Positions 42,952-52,642 of a DNA stretch of 64,000 nucleotides are shown in pieces; positions within the stretch are counted from its first letter, which is position 1; the number at the start of each line of letters is the position of its first letter. Position numbers and translations under genes: made by a program. The stretch is from the NCBI GenBank assembly GCA_049322915.1, contig JBMOPW010000021.1, forward strand, positions 1 through 64,000, given 5' to 3'. This stretch comes from Candidatus Zhuqueibacterota bacterium. Its GTDB lineage: Bacteria > Zhuqueibacterota > Zhuqueibacteria > Thermofontimicrobiales > Thermofontimicrobiaceae. The notes below the pieces were generated by a model, which had not been told where the DNA came from, did no database searches, and saw nothing but the letters and a program-made list of their open reading frames with translations.

Positions 42952-44403
42952 TCATTTGATTTTGGAAATTTTAAAAACCCATGCATACTGGCAGGGAGGA
43001 TTTTTTCGGATGTGCTCCGGAATCGTCGCGAAAAATCCTGATCCCACCTTTTCCCACGCCAACGCGGTGTTGGTTCCGACGAACATCACTGTCGCGTCAT
43101 CAGCCGGGGAAATAGTCGCCAGCCAGATTTTCGACGGCGTCGTCGGTTCATTTTCATCCGCCAGATAAATCGCGTACACAGCGCCGTCGCGCTGCCGGGT
43201 GAGACAGATTTTGCCCTCTTTGTAGGGAGCGATGGGACGAGTGCTGTAAATGGCCTCGCTGTTCACTTTCATCCAATCGCCGATTTGCCTGAGCCGCTCG
43301 TAGGCGTCCGGCTGCCAGGCGCCATCCGGGCCGGGACCGATATTGAGCAGCAGATTCCCGCCTTTGGACACAATATCCACCAGCAGATGAATGAGATTGT
43401 GGGCGGAGCGATAGCTCGCGTTCGGTGAATAAGACCAGCCGCCGCCCATGATGATGCATGATTCCCACGGATAGGGGAGCATGCGGTCCGGTACCTGGTT
43501 TTCCGGGGTGAGGTAATTTTGAAATTTCCCCGGAACAGCCCGATCCACCACGATCAAACCAGGCTGTTTCTCCCGCGCCTTTTGCACCATCGCCGGCATG
43601 TTGATATCCTGATTCTGAATGCGGCTGAATTTGTAGTCCGGGCTGTTGATGTAGCGGACAATTTCCTCGCGCGTCATGGGTTGCACCCAGCCGCCGTCCA
43701 GCCAGAGTATGTCCATAGGTCCGAAATTGCTCATCAATTCATCGATCTGACCTTGGGTGAAATCGACGAATTTCTGCCAGCGATCCGGGTAGGTCTGAAT
43801 ATCGTAATTAGCATTTCGATCGGGCGTGGCGAAATTGGGCCACCAATAATATTCCGAGTGCCAATCCGGCTTGGAAAAATAAGCGCCGGTCATGAAACCT
43901 TTGTCTCTGAAAGCATTGAAAATTTCTTTGGCAATATTCGCCCGCGGATTCGATGAAAACGGGCACTCCGAATGGGTCACGCGATAATCGGTGAGTTTCG
44001 TGTCGAACATGCAGAAACCATCGTGGTGTTTCGTGGTGAACACGACGTATTTCATGCCGGCGGCATGGGCGGCTTCGGCCCATTTCTGCGGATCGAATTT
44101 CACCGGGTTGAATGTCTTTTTCAAATCTTCGTATTTCTTTTTATATTCTGTATAGTCGTCCAGGGAGCGGCGACACCAGCCCTCGTCCTCCGCGCAGATG
44201 GACCACGATTCCACAATGCCCCACTGGCTGTAGGTTCCCCAGTGCATGAGCAGGCCGAATTTGGCATCCTGCCACTTATCCAGCTTTTTCAAAACGAGCG
44301 GATCGGTCTCCGGCACATAGGTCTGCCCATGATGCTGGGCCGCCGCCGGAAGGATGATTTGCAGCAGTGCGAACGCTGTGAACAACATGGCAAATCGGGT
44401 CAT
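42952..44403 (-). CDS. GH29 alpha-L-fucosidase
   Basis: DAKFGLLMHWG, FNPVKFDP, VFTTKHHDGF, ILWLDGGW, WESC, GGNLLLNIGP; signal peptide. Confidence 0.93.
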   Translation of the reverse strand: MTRFAMLFTAFALLQIILPAAAQHHGQTYVPETDPLVLKKLDKWQDAKFGLLMHWGTYSQWGIVESWSICAEDEGWCRRSLDDYTEYKKKYEDLKKTFNPVKFDPQKWAEAAHAAGMKYVVFTTKHHDGFCMFDTKLTDYRVTHSECPFSSNPRANIAKEIFNAFRDKGFMTGAYFSKPDWHSEYYWWPNFATPDRNANYDIQTYPDRWQKFVDFTQGQIDELMSNFGPMDILWLDGGWVQPMTREEIVRYINSPDYKFSRIQNQDINMPAMVQKAREKQPGLIVVDRAVPGKFQNYLTPENQVPDRMLPYPWESCIIMGGGWSYSPNASYRSAHNLIHLLVDIVSKGGNLLLNIGPGPDGAWQPDAYERLRQIGDWMKVNSEAIYSTRPIAPYKEGKICLTRQRDGAVYAIYLADENEPTTPSKIWLATISPADDATVMFVGTNTALAWEKVGSGFFATIPEHIRKNPPCQYAWVFKISKIK

Positions 44404-44455
44404 AGTTTTTTCCTCTGTAAAATTCTCGCGATTCCGGAATGGTTCATCATTGCGC

Positions 44456-45664
44456 TCAGGATGGCTGGAACAAGGGTTTCCCTTCGAGCAATTTCTTCAG
44501 CCGAAGCAGCGCTTCGACATAATAATAATCGGCGTAGGCAACGTTGACATCGATGTCGGCTTGGCCGGGTACGCTGCCATTGCTGTGCAGCAGAAGGCAT
44601 TGGTATTTGCCTGACGTCGCCAGATAGTCGCTGGTGGAGAGCGCTTTGAGCAAATTCACCGCGGTCTGGTAATAGCGATTTTTCAATCCGGTCGAGTCGG
44701 CGTAGGTGCTCAATTCCAGCAGCCCGGAGGCGGCAATGGCCGCAGCAGAAGCCTCTCTGGGTTCATGCGGAATATTCGGCGCGTCGAAATCCCAATATGG
44801 GATGAAGTCCGCCGGCAGCCGCTGAATGAACCGATCAAATGTCTTCTGAGCAATGGCCAGATAGCGCCTGTCCCGGGTAAATCGGTACATCATGGTGTAG
44901 CCGTATCCGCCCCAGGCCTGGCCGCGCGCCCACATGGATTCATCGGAATAGCCCTGATGCGTCTTCTTTTCCATGACGGCGCCGGTCTGCGGATTGTAAT
45001 TCAGGACATGGTAGGAACTGAAATCCGGCCGGAAATGATTGGCCAGCGTGACGTCCGAATGGCGGATGGCAATGTCCCTGAATTTAGGGTCGCCGCTCGC
45101 CTGCGACGCCCAGCAGAGCAGTTCCAGATTCATCATGTTGTCGATGATGGTCAGGTGATTTTCCGGGGCAGAGTCCCATGATTTTATGGCGCCGACATTG
45201 GAATTGAATCGAGTGATGAGGCTCTCCGCGCCCTGCAATAGAATCGCTTTGTAAGCCTCATCGCCGGTGAGACGGTAACCGTTGCCGAAACTACAGTAGA
45301 GCATGAATCCCACATCGTGGCTGCTGGTGTTGAATTTCTCCTGTTCCAGCGCCGCATTCCATTTCCGCGCGGACTGGAGCCATTGCTGCTCCCCGGAGTA
45401 GTCGTAAAAATACCACAAAATTCCCGGGAAGAAACCGCTCACCCAATCGCTGGTGCTCTTTTGAACCCACGTCCCGTCTGCTTTGTTATGGATAGGCATG
45501 CGGGTTGTGTCGGTCAGGGAATTCACCGCTTTGGTATATTGCGCCATAGCGGACGTGAGGAGCGCATCGCAATCGAACCGGTTCGGCCAGACCGTCGCGG
45601 TTTCATCAGCGCAGCGACTCCCCTGCATGAAGAGAAACAGTGCAAGGAATATCATTTTCTTCAT
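44456..45664 (-). CDS. GH88 unsaturated glucuronyl hydrolase
   Basis: DWVSGFFPG, HDVGF, IIDNMMNLE, WARGQAWG, PYWDF, YADYYYVEAL. Start reassigned to MKKMIF (45664), with an AGGAG RBS. Confidence 0.9.
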   Translation of the reverse strand: MKKMIFLALFLFMQGSRCADETATVWPNRFDCDALLTSAMAQYTKAVNSLTDTTRMPIHNKADGTWVQKSTSDWVSGFFPGILWYFYDYSGEQQWLQSARKWNAALEQEKFNTSSHDVGFMLYCSFGNGYRLTGDEAYKAILLQGAESLITRFNSNVGAIKSWDSAPENHLTIIDNMMNLELLCWASQASGDPKFRDIAIRHSDVTLANHFRPDFSSYHVLNYNPQTGAVMEKKTHQGYSDESMWARGQAWGGYGYTMMYRFTRDRRYLAIAQKTFDRFIQRLPADFIPYWDFDAPNIPHEPREASAAAIAASGLLELSTYADSTGLKNRYYQTAVNLLKALSTSDYLATSGKYQCLLLHSNGSVPGQADIDVNVAYADYYYVEALLRLKKLLEGKPLFQPS

Positions 45665-45795
45665 CACGCAATTCTCCTGTTTTTCCAGCCATGAGATAGC
45701 TCTGCAATCGTTTTCAGATAACGGATGCGTTCCCGGTGTTCCGTTTTTGCGCGCGTTGAGAGACAAATCGGTCCGCTTCGCCGGGATCAGCTCGG

Positions 45796-47256
45796 CTATC
45801 GGTTCGCCCAAAAAAATCCGCTCAAAAATGCCAGCCGCGAAATATCTGCGAGCATGTCCGGATTGATTCGGTAAATCGTGTCCCCTGTCTTATGATAATG
45901 AAGATGCGGCCCGTTGGAATAGAACGAAGCGCATTGGACGCCGTTCCAGAAGAACGGCGCAAAGTCCGATGACCGCACGCCCACATGGTTGATTTCCCAC
46001 GTGCTTCGAAGCGTATGCACGAACTGGTCGGCCTGCTGCAGAATTTCTTTGAACCCGACCGCATTGGCGCTGAAGCCGCAACTCGTTCCATCCCCGGGAC
46101 CGACCATGTCAAAATTGAACATGCTGTCCAGTTTTTTGAACGACGCCGGCACGTGGGCCACGAAATAGGTGGAGCCGATCAGCCCCACTTCTTCGCCGCC
46201 GAACAGGACGAACGCCACGGATCGCTTTGGCTTTGTATCCAGTTGGGAAAACGCCTCGGCGATTTCCATGACCACGGCGCTGCCGCTGGCGTTGTCGTTT
46301 GCGCCGGCAAAAAGCATATTCAGATGCAATCCACAATGATCGAAGTGAGCGCCATAGACGAGGCACTCATTTTTGAGCTGCGGGTCCGAGCCCTCTACAA
46401 AGCCGATGATATTGTAGCCGGTGGCGTCGGGAAAATGGCGGGACTGCACGGCGAAGTGCATTTCCGAATGAAGTTGAAACGATAGCGGCCGGTTGTAGGT
46501 GGTCAGCACCTTCTTCAAATCGGCGCAGGTGACATTTTTCTCCTCAAAAATTACATCGGCAATTTTCTCGGTGATCATGGCCGGGGTGAATCCTTTGATC
46601 CAATCGCCATTGGGATTGGCGATGGCTTCCGGATAGATGTAGAAAATCCCCAGCGCGCCCCGCTCTTTGGCCGTTGCCATGCGATGGCGATGGTGGTCGT
46701 ATTTCTCGAATTGGTTCTGGTCTTGTCCCGGCGTGCCGCGAAAACACAGGATGAACTTGCCGGCAACGTCGATGCCGGCGTAGTCGTCATAGCCCAGTTC
46801 CGGGGCGGAGATGCCCCAGCCGGCAAACACCAGCGCGGCCCGGTTGTACCCGTTATCGGAAAACAGCAACGGCAGAAAATCGGCGCCGGCGGTGAGTGGA
46901 ATTTCTGCTGCCGATTCGCCCTCTTTTTTGACGTGAAATAACGTCATCGTTGCGGTGTCGATCAGCGTGTAGGGTGAGGGATAGGCCTGCAAATAGCCCT
47001 GAGAGGGACTTATCGGTTTCAATCCCCACTGGCGGAATTTCTCAGCAGCCCATGTGGCAGCGGCGGTGTAGCCTTCGTGCCCGGTCAGCCGACCGGCAAA
47101 TTCAGGCAAAGCCAGCGTTTTGCAGTAATTGTACGGGTCCATGGGCTGAATCGAGTCAAATCCTTTCTGGAGATTTTTATCCAATTCGCCGGAGAGAGCA
47201 ACAGAGGCCATCGCGAAAAACAGGAGGCCCCTGATTGACACATGGTTGAAATTCAT
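45796..47256 (-). CDS. M28 family metallopeptidase with PA domain
   Basis: GAHFDH, GANDNASG, GEEVGLIGS, NFDMVG, SDF, YHKTGD; PA domain (LVFAGWGI..DDYAGIDVAGK). Confidence 0.9.
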   Translation of the reverse strand: MNFNHVSIRGLLFFAMASVALSGELDKNLQKGFDSIQPMDPYNYCKTLALPEFAGRLTGHEGYTAAATWAAEKFRQWGLKPISPSQGYLQAYPSPYTLIDTATMTLFHVKKEGESAAEIPLTAGADFLPLLFSDNGYNRAALVFAGWGISAPELGYDDYAGIDVAGKFILCFRGTPGQDQNQFEKYDHHRHRMATAKERGALGIFYIYPEAIANPNGDWIKGFTPAMITEKIADVIFEEKNVTCADLKKVLTTYNRPLSFQLHSEMHFAVQSRHFPDATGYNIIGFVEGSDPQLKNECLVYGAHFDHCGLHLNMLFAGANDNASGSAVVMEIAEAFSQLDTKPKRSVAFVLFGGEEVGLIGSTYFVAHVPASFKKLDSMFNFDMVGPGDGTSCGFSANAVGFKEILQQADQFVHTLRSTWEINHVGVRSSDFAPFFWNGVQCASFYSNGPHLHYHKTGDTIYRINPDMLADISRLAFLSGFFWANR

Positions 47257-47279
47257 TTCGCCACCTTCCTTACGGTAAA

Positions 47280-50200
47280 ATTAGGTACCATATTTATAAT
47301 ACATCAAATTCTATCGCCACTTAAAAGATAATTCCCTATTGCAGGAATGTCTTTTTTATAATAATCAATATTCTGAAAGCTTACATGATTTACTTTCTTT
47401 ATTTTTTGCATAATACTATTGTTCTTGGACTTCATCACCTGATTGCCTTGTGAATTTCTACTCTCTTTGGGATTTATATGAGCCGTATTAAATATCAAAA
47501 TTTTTTTAATAGAACTTATGGCAACAAGCTCTACATCTTCTTTTAAATGATCTATATATACAATTTTTGAATTATTGTTATAAGCATTTTTCAATCTTTT
47601 TCGTTGCGTTTCGGTCTCATAACTCTTCATAAATATTTTAGCAACTTTCCCATTTTCAAAACCGAATAACATATAACCAGAAAAATCAGAAGTGCTTGTG
47701 ATGTAAATTGGTTTTTCATCTTTTTCAAAATTAATTGAATCTAAAATATGTTGTTTACTATAATAAGAATTGTTTGCTATTTTATAAACATTATATTTGT
47801 CTGTAAAAACTAGAATTTCAGATTGCCTGACATTTTTTGGTTCAATTGCAGCTAGTGGATGAGGCCTATTATTATGCAGTGTGGCGAAACTTAAATTATT
47901 ATTATGAGGTTGAGAGTCCTTAGTTGTTTCTTCATGTTCTATATCGTTTTTATCATCGATAATTTTTTCTGTTGTTTGATGGTTTGGTTTTGAGTTCAAA
48001 ATTTTCCAAAGCGGTTCCAGCGCTTTAATTCGATTTGAATAGTATTCTCCACCTTTTATTCTGAAAAATTGCCAGCCACATCTTTCTAATACTTTCTGAC
48101 GCATTAAATCATTTTGAAATTGTTCAGCACCATGCCAAATATCACCATCACATTCGATTGCTATTTTAGTTCCGTCAGGTAATATTGCCACCAAGTCAAC
48201 CCGATATTTCCCTTTGGCAACTTCATATTGAGGAATGACTGAATAACTACGGCTAACAATATCATTATATACATCGACTTCAAACCAACTTTCAAAAGGA
48301 GGTGGTTGTTCTCCCATTTTCTTAACTTTTGGAATTGGTATCAGCCTTTTCCAACCTTCTTGAATATTTTTAAAGTTGATAAAATGATCTAAAAGTTTAT
48401 AGCGTAAGTCATTCGTATTATTAATATCCTCCATTTGAACTGAATGAAACAACCAGATTTGTTCAATTGCCCGACTCACAGCAACATTAAATCGACGTTC
48501 ATCTTCTGGACGTGTAAGTGCACTTCGGTTATGATTATGGGCTGTTACAAGGCTAAGAAAAATGATATCACGTTCATCACCTTGAAAGCTAGCTGAATTA
48601 CCACATACTATTTTTCTTTCTTTAAATTGTTTTTCTCCAATTCGTTGTAATAATAAATTTTCAATTAATGCCCCTTGTGCATTACCCTGTAAACATATCA
48701 CTCCAACAGTTTTGTTATCATATCGCTTATCACTTATAAGCTCTGAAAATGTATCAACAATTCTTTCAGCCTCAACTTTATTTCTAATGTTTTGATATTG
48801 ACCTTCAACAAAACCATTTTGACAAAAAACATGTTTTAATGGCTCTAATCTATTTTCAGAATATTGTTTTAATGGATATAAACCTTTACCGTCAGGTGCA
48901 TAGAATAACTTATTCGAAAATTCAATAATTTCAGGCATACATCTAAAATGTTCTCTCAAAACTGTTAGTCCTTCACAGAACAATTTTGCATGGTCAAAAA
49001 AGCTAAACGCAATATCAAAGAAATTGGCGAAGGGTATTCCTTTCAAATGTTTATTGATAAAAGGAGCCATTGCGTCCGCATTTACACCTACATACTCTGG
49101 CGAGGTCTGTTTATCATCACCCACAATGATTATATTTTTTGAAATGTAAAGCAAAAAAATGGCGTCAGGACCTAATTGGCTTGCTTCGTCAATAATCACA
49201 TAATCGTACATCCCTTGTTCTGGTGATATGGTTTCACTCACTTTGTACAAAGGCATAATCCAGCAAGGAACTGTTGTCTTACAATGGTCCATCTGATTTT
49301 GTGCTTCTTTGCGAAACCTTAACGCTCTTTTTCCTTTACCTGTTTTTCCTATCTTTCTAACTGCTTGCACCCAGGCTTCTAAATATTGACGTAGTGACCT
49401 GTTATTTTGCAAATTGGTTAATACATGAACCCATGCTTTTAGAGAAGCTATTTTTGAAACAAGTTTTTCTTCTCTTTCATCATAAGAAAACAGATCTGCC
49501 ATTAAATCGTTTTCATAACCCTCATCTAATAACTTTTTAATTTCACTTTCTGCATGCTTAAAATGTATTGCTTCGTTTAAATTGGTAATGTTATTTATAT
49601 CAAATGTATCGTTTATTATTTCATCAACAAGAATTGGTACATAAGTTTTTAGTTCGTTTTCCAATTTTTTAAAATCATCGTATTGCTGTTTCTGAGACTT
49701 TAGCTGATCAACTTTTGTTAAAAGTTGCTCAAATTTAAATACATCCAATTCTAAGATGGTTTTCTTAATATCAAGTGCTATTGGATGAAATTCATCATCA
49801 GATAAATAAAAACAAATTCGGTCCTTTCGACTATTGAAATCGTTGTCTAATTTCAGAATGTAATTCCTTTCAACATCTTCGATGTATTTCTTTATTGTAT
49901 TACTATTATATCCTTGAATGGTTAAGGATGAATAGATTTGTATTTCAGCCACCAAACTTTTAGCTCTTTTTAAATTATCTAAAAGGTCATTCGTATCCAA
50001 GCAAAGTTGAGAAAATGCCTCAAAATATTCAAAGTAGTTTTTTGATAAATTTTGTATATTAGCATTCCAAATTTTAGCCAGGTCTTGAAATACTTGACGT
50101 ATTCTTATATCTTCAATGACAGATGAAAATTCCCATTTAGTATCACAAGGACTTCCATTAACTATAACAGAATTTTTAAAATAGAGTTTTTCTTTTATCT

Positions 50201-52547
50201 CTTTTGGGAGAAACGGTTTCTTCAATTCAAATAATGCACCATCCAGTTTATTACCTGATTTTAAATAATGCAATAATTTATTGGCATCATTTTTTAAGGT
50301 TATCCAACTTTTGTTCGGTGGATAACGAATTTCTATATTTTTATCTAAAGATTTTAAATCGATTTTTTTTAATATATCTATTAGCTTTTTTGTATCTTTC
50401 AATTTTTGTTCCCAATTGAAATTGCTATTTTGAACATCTTGAATTATCAATGCTTTTTTAGAATGTGTATTCTTCTCAATTGAAAGACATATTTCATAAA
50501 GAGAATCCAAAAACTCTTTTGTTTTTGAGAAATCGCTACATTTTACAATGTTTAAAGAATTGTAAGAAATATTCTTTTCAATAATGTATTTTCTAATTTC
50601 TACATACTTTTCAAATTCTGAAAAGGTAAAAATCTCGTTTTTATCAGGAATTTTATAATCGAACTTATTACAATCAATCTCTTTATAATGTTGTGTTAAG
50701 CCAATAAAATTTTCAACCTGTTGAAAGATATCAGAATTTGAAATATTAAAATACTCATCCTTAAACCAATTAAATTTAATAGTATCATGCTCAATTTTTT
50801 CGGCAATCTGAGTTAACGTCCCTTGATAGTATTTATTTATTTCCAGTTTTCTTGTGTTTTTTTCTTTTATTTTTAGCAGTTCATTTGTCTTATCAGCTCG
50901 CTTTTCTTTTAAAGTAAGCAGTTCTTTTTCAAATCTATCTTTCTCTTTATAATGGTCGGATAGATTAGTATTTGAAAGTTTATCATTAATTGAGTTTACA
51001 CTCGTTTCGAGGTCTTGAATCGATGCAGAGTCTCCACTAAGCAAGTTGACAGACAGACTTTTAAAATCATCTGGCAATTTTTCTTTTAAAACTTCAAGGG
51101 CACGTTTTGTATATGCTGTTATTAAAATTTTCTTCCCATTGGCTAAGAAATGGCAAATAAGATTGGCAATAGTATGTGATTTACCCGTTCCAGGAGGACC
51201 TTGTACTAATACTTTGTTGTTTCGATTCGCTTTTTTAATAATTTCAATTTGTTCATCATTGTATTTTTTCGGAAAGTAAATTATATCATTTTTCTTAGAA
51301 TCTAATGTATCGAAATCACCATTATTATTTGGATTGTACTCATTAAGGTCAATAATATCATTTAATGCTGGGATGTCGGTTTCATCTGATTTTTCTATGT
51401 CGGCAATTATTTTTTCATATAAGGCGGTAAAGCTTCTTGTGTTTCGCTTGCGTAACATTAATGCAGGTGCATAGAAGATTGTTGGTCTTTTGGGAGCATC
51501 TTTTGGCTTAATTATTTCATCCTTAAAAAGGCCATCTGGACTAAACCTGTCAGCAATTATTTGAATAGTTTCTTTATTCTGTTTATCAAAGAGACTTGCT
51601 GCAATATTTTTCTCGTTGATAAATTCGATTGCTTTTCTTTCAGCTTCAATAATATCATTGGAATTAAATCGTTCAAATAGATCAATAATTGAATCAGTTT
51701 CGATTTGTATATCATTTGATAAACTTGGTGCAATTGTTGGTCTTACAGGGTCTTCAAAATTTATCTCTACTCTTTGAGTTAGAATATGTCTACAAATCAA
51801 TGGTGATTCATCATTTGCTTTAAAATTTAATAAGCCCAATCCCATTAGAAGTTCATATTCTTCACCAAATTGCTGTGATTTATTGTTTATTAAAAACAGT
51901 TTTTTGTATATCGAATTTACTTCAATATAAGCTTTGTATTGAATTTCATAATTTTTGTATTCTTCCCAATACATTTCTGAATCTTCAAACCATTTGGTAT
52001 TAATGTATTCATCAAATTCTTCTTTGATTTTTGGATTATCCACCAAATAGAATTTATTATTATCATCAATAAAAATGTATTCATTTAAAATGGGAAATTC
52101 CTCTTTATTAAGTAGTGAGTCTTCTACTATCCATTTTTCTAAATTGGGCGGCGGAGGCGGAAATTTTGGTAATTCAGGCTCTAATGGCTTAGAAATTTTA
52201 ATCCAATAGTCAGCATCTTTATTGAAATCTTCATCAAGAATACAATCAATTAATTCATTTTTTGGAATATCTGATAACCATATTATATCGATATATTGGC
52301 TTGGAGCATTAATTATATCTCTTACCGCTTTGCTCCTTATCTTTGAAAATTCTAAAAGATAATTAAATACTTGAAGATACTTTTCTTTTTTCATAGCTGC
52401 ATCCAATTGTTGAGTTGCATATAAGTTCTTCAATCCTTTTTTGTAGCTTTATTGCAATTAAAACGAAAGAATAATTATTTTTTAAACAGAACTTATTGTA
52501 TAGTTTTTTCAAAACTTACAATTTATATTTATTATTAAGCACCGAAC
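47280..52547. mobile_element. Horizontally acquired single-gene AT-rich island (no integrase or transposase)
   Basis: GC drops abruptly (roughly 25-30% by eye, against >50% in flanking genes), with sharp edges on both sides of one ORF. Confidence 0.7.
47304..52433 (-). CDS. SF1 (Upf1/DNA2-like) helicase + DUF559/Vsr-like endonuclease + GyrA/ParC CTD-like domain; putative anti-phage protein on an AT-rich island
   Basis: QGPPGTGKS, IIDEASQ, VGDDKQ, LREHFRC, FQGDERD, RRFNVAVSRA; nuclease FESWFE..PQY..YRVDLV..IAIECDG..WH..RQKVLERCGWQFFRI; the C-terminal ~170 aa resemble a type II topoisomerase A-subunit CTD. Start is TTG 52433 or ATG 52394. Confidence 0.88.
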   Translation of the reverse strand: MKNLYATQQLDAAMKKEKYLQVFNYLLEFSKIRSKAVRDIINAPSQYIDIIWLSDIPKNELIDCILDEDFNKDADYWIKISKPLEPELPKFPPPPPNLEKWIVEDSLLNKEEFPILNEYIFIDDNNKFYLVDNPKIKEEFDEYINTKWFEDSEMYWEEYKNYEIQYKAYIEVNSIYKKLFLINNKSQQFGEEYELLMGLGLLNFKANDESPLICRHILTQRVEINFEDPVRPTIAPSLSNDIQIETDSIIDLFERFNSNDIIEAERKAIEFINEKNIAASLFDKQNKETIQIIADRFSPDGLFKDEIIKPKDAPKRPTIFYAPALMLRKRNTRSFTALYEKIIADIEKSDETDIPALNDIIDLNEYNPNNNGDFDTLDSKKNDIIYFPKKYNDEQIEIIKKANRNNKVLVQGPPGTGKSHTIANLICHFLANGKKILITAYTKRALEVLKEKLPDDFKSLSVNLLSGDSASIQDLETSVNSINDKLSNTNLSDHYKEKDRFEKELLTLKEKRADKTNELLKIKEKNTRKLEINKYYQGTLTQIAEKIEHDTIKFNWFKDEYFNISNSDIFQQVENFIGLTQHYKEIDCNKFDYKIPDKNEIFTFSEFEKYVEIRKYIIEKNISYNSLNIVKCSDFSKTKEFLDSLYEICLSIEKNTHSKKALIIQDVQNSNFNWEQKLKDTKKLIDILKKIDLKSLDKNIEIRYPPNKSWITLKNDANKLLHYLKSGNKLDGALFELKKPFLPKEIKEKLYFKNSVIVNGSPCDTKWEFSSVIEDIRIRQVFQDLAKIWNANIQNLSKNYFEYFEAFSQLCLDTNDLLDNLKRAKSLVAEIQIYSSLTIQGYNSNTIKKYIEDVERNYILKLDNDFNSRKDRICFYLSDDEFHPIALDIKKTILELDVFKFEQLLTKVDQLKSQKQQYDDFKKLENELKTYVPILVDEIINDTFDINNITNLNEAIHFKHAESEIKKLLDEGYENDLMADLFSYDEREEKLVSKIASLKAWVHVLTNLQNNRSLRQYLEAWVQAVRKIGKTGKGKRALRFRKEAQNQMDHCKTTVPCWIMPLYKVSETISPEQGMYDYVIIDEASQLGPDAIFLLYISKNIIIVGDDKQTSPEYVGVNADAMAPFINKHLKGIPFANFFDIAFSFFDHAKLFCEGLTVLREHFRCMPEIIEFSNKLFYAPDGKGLYPLKQYSENRLEPLKHVFCQNGFVEGQYQNIRNKVEAERIVDTFSELISDKRYDNKTVGVICLQGNAQGALIENLLLQRIGEKQFKERKIVCGNSASFQGDERDIIFLSLVTAHNHNRSALTRPEDERRFNVAVSRAIEQIWLFHSVQMEDINNTNDLRYKLLDHFINFKNIQEGWKRLIPIPKVKKMGEQPPPFESWFEVDVYNDIVSRSYSVIPQYEVAKGKYRVDLVAILPDGTKIAIECDGDIWHGAEQFQNDLMRQKVLERCGWQFFRIKGGEYYSNRIKALEPLWKILNSKPNHQTTEKIIDDKNDIEHEETTKDSQPHNNNLSFATLHNNRPHPLAAIEPKNVRQSEILVFTDKYNVYKIANNSYYSKQHILDSINFEKDEKPIYITSTSDFSGYMLFGFENGKVAKIFMKSYETETQRKRLKNAYNNNSKIVYIDHLKEDVELVAISSIKKILIFNTAHINPKESRNSQGNQVMKSKNNSIMQKIKKVNHVSFQNIDYYKKDIPAIGNYLLSGDRI

Positions 52548-52642
52548 ATTTTGTTTGAACCTGCCAGCGGACTGGGCGACCGTTGACGGCAGTCTAGTAC
52601 GTGAAATCAAAGCCCATAATCAGAACAGAATACCGCTCATGA

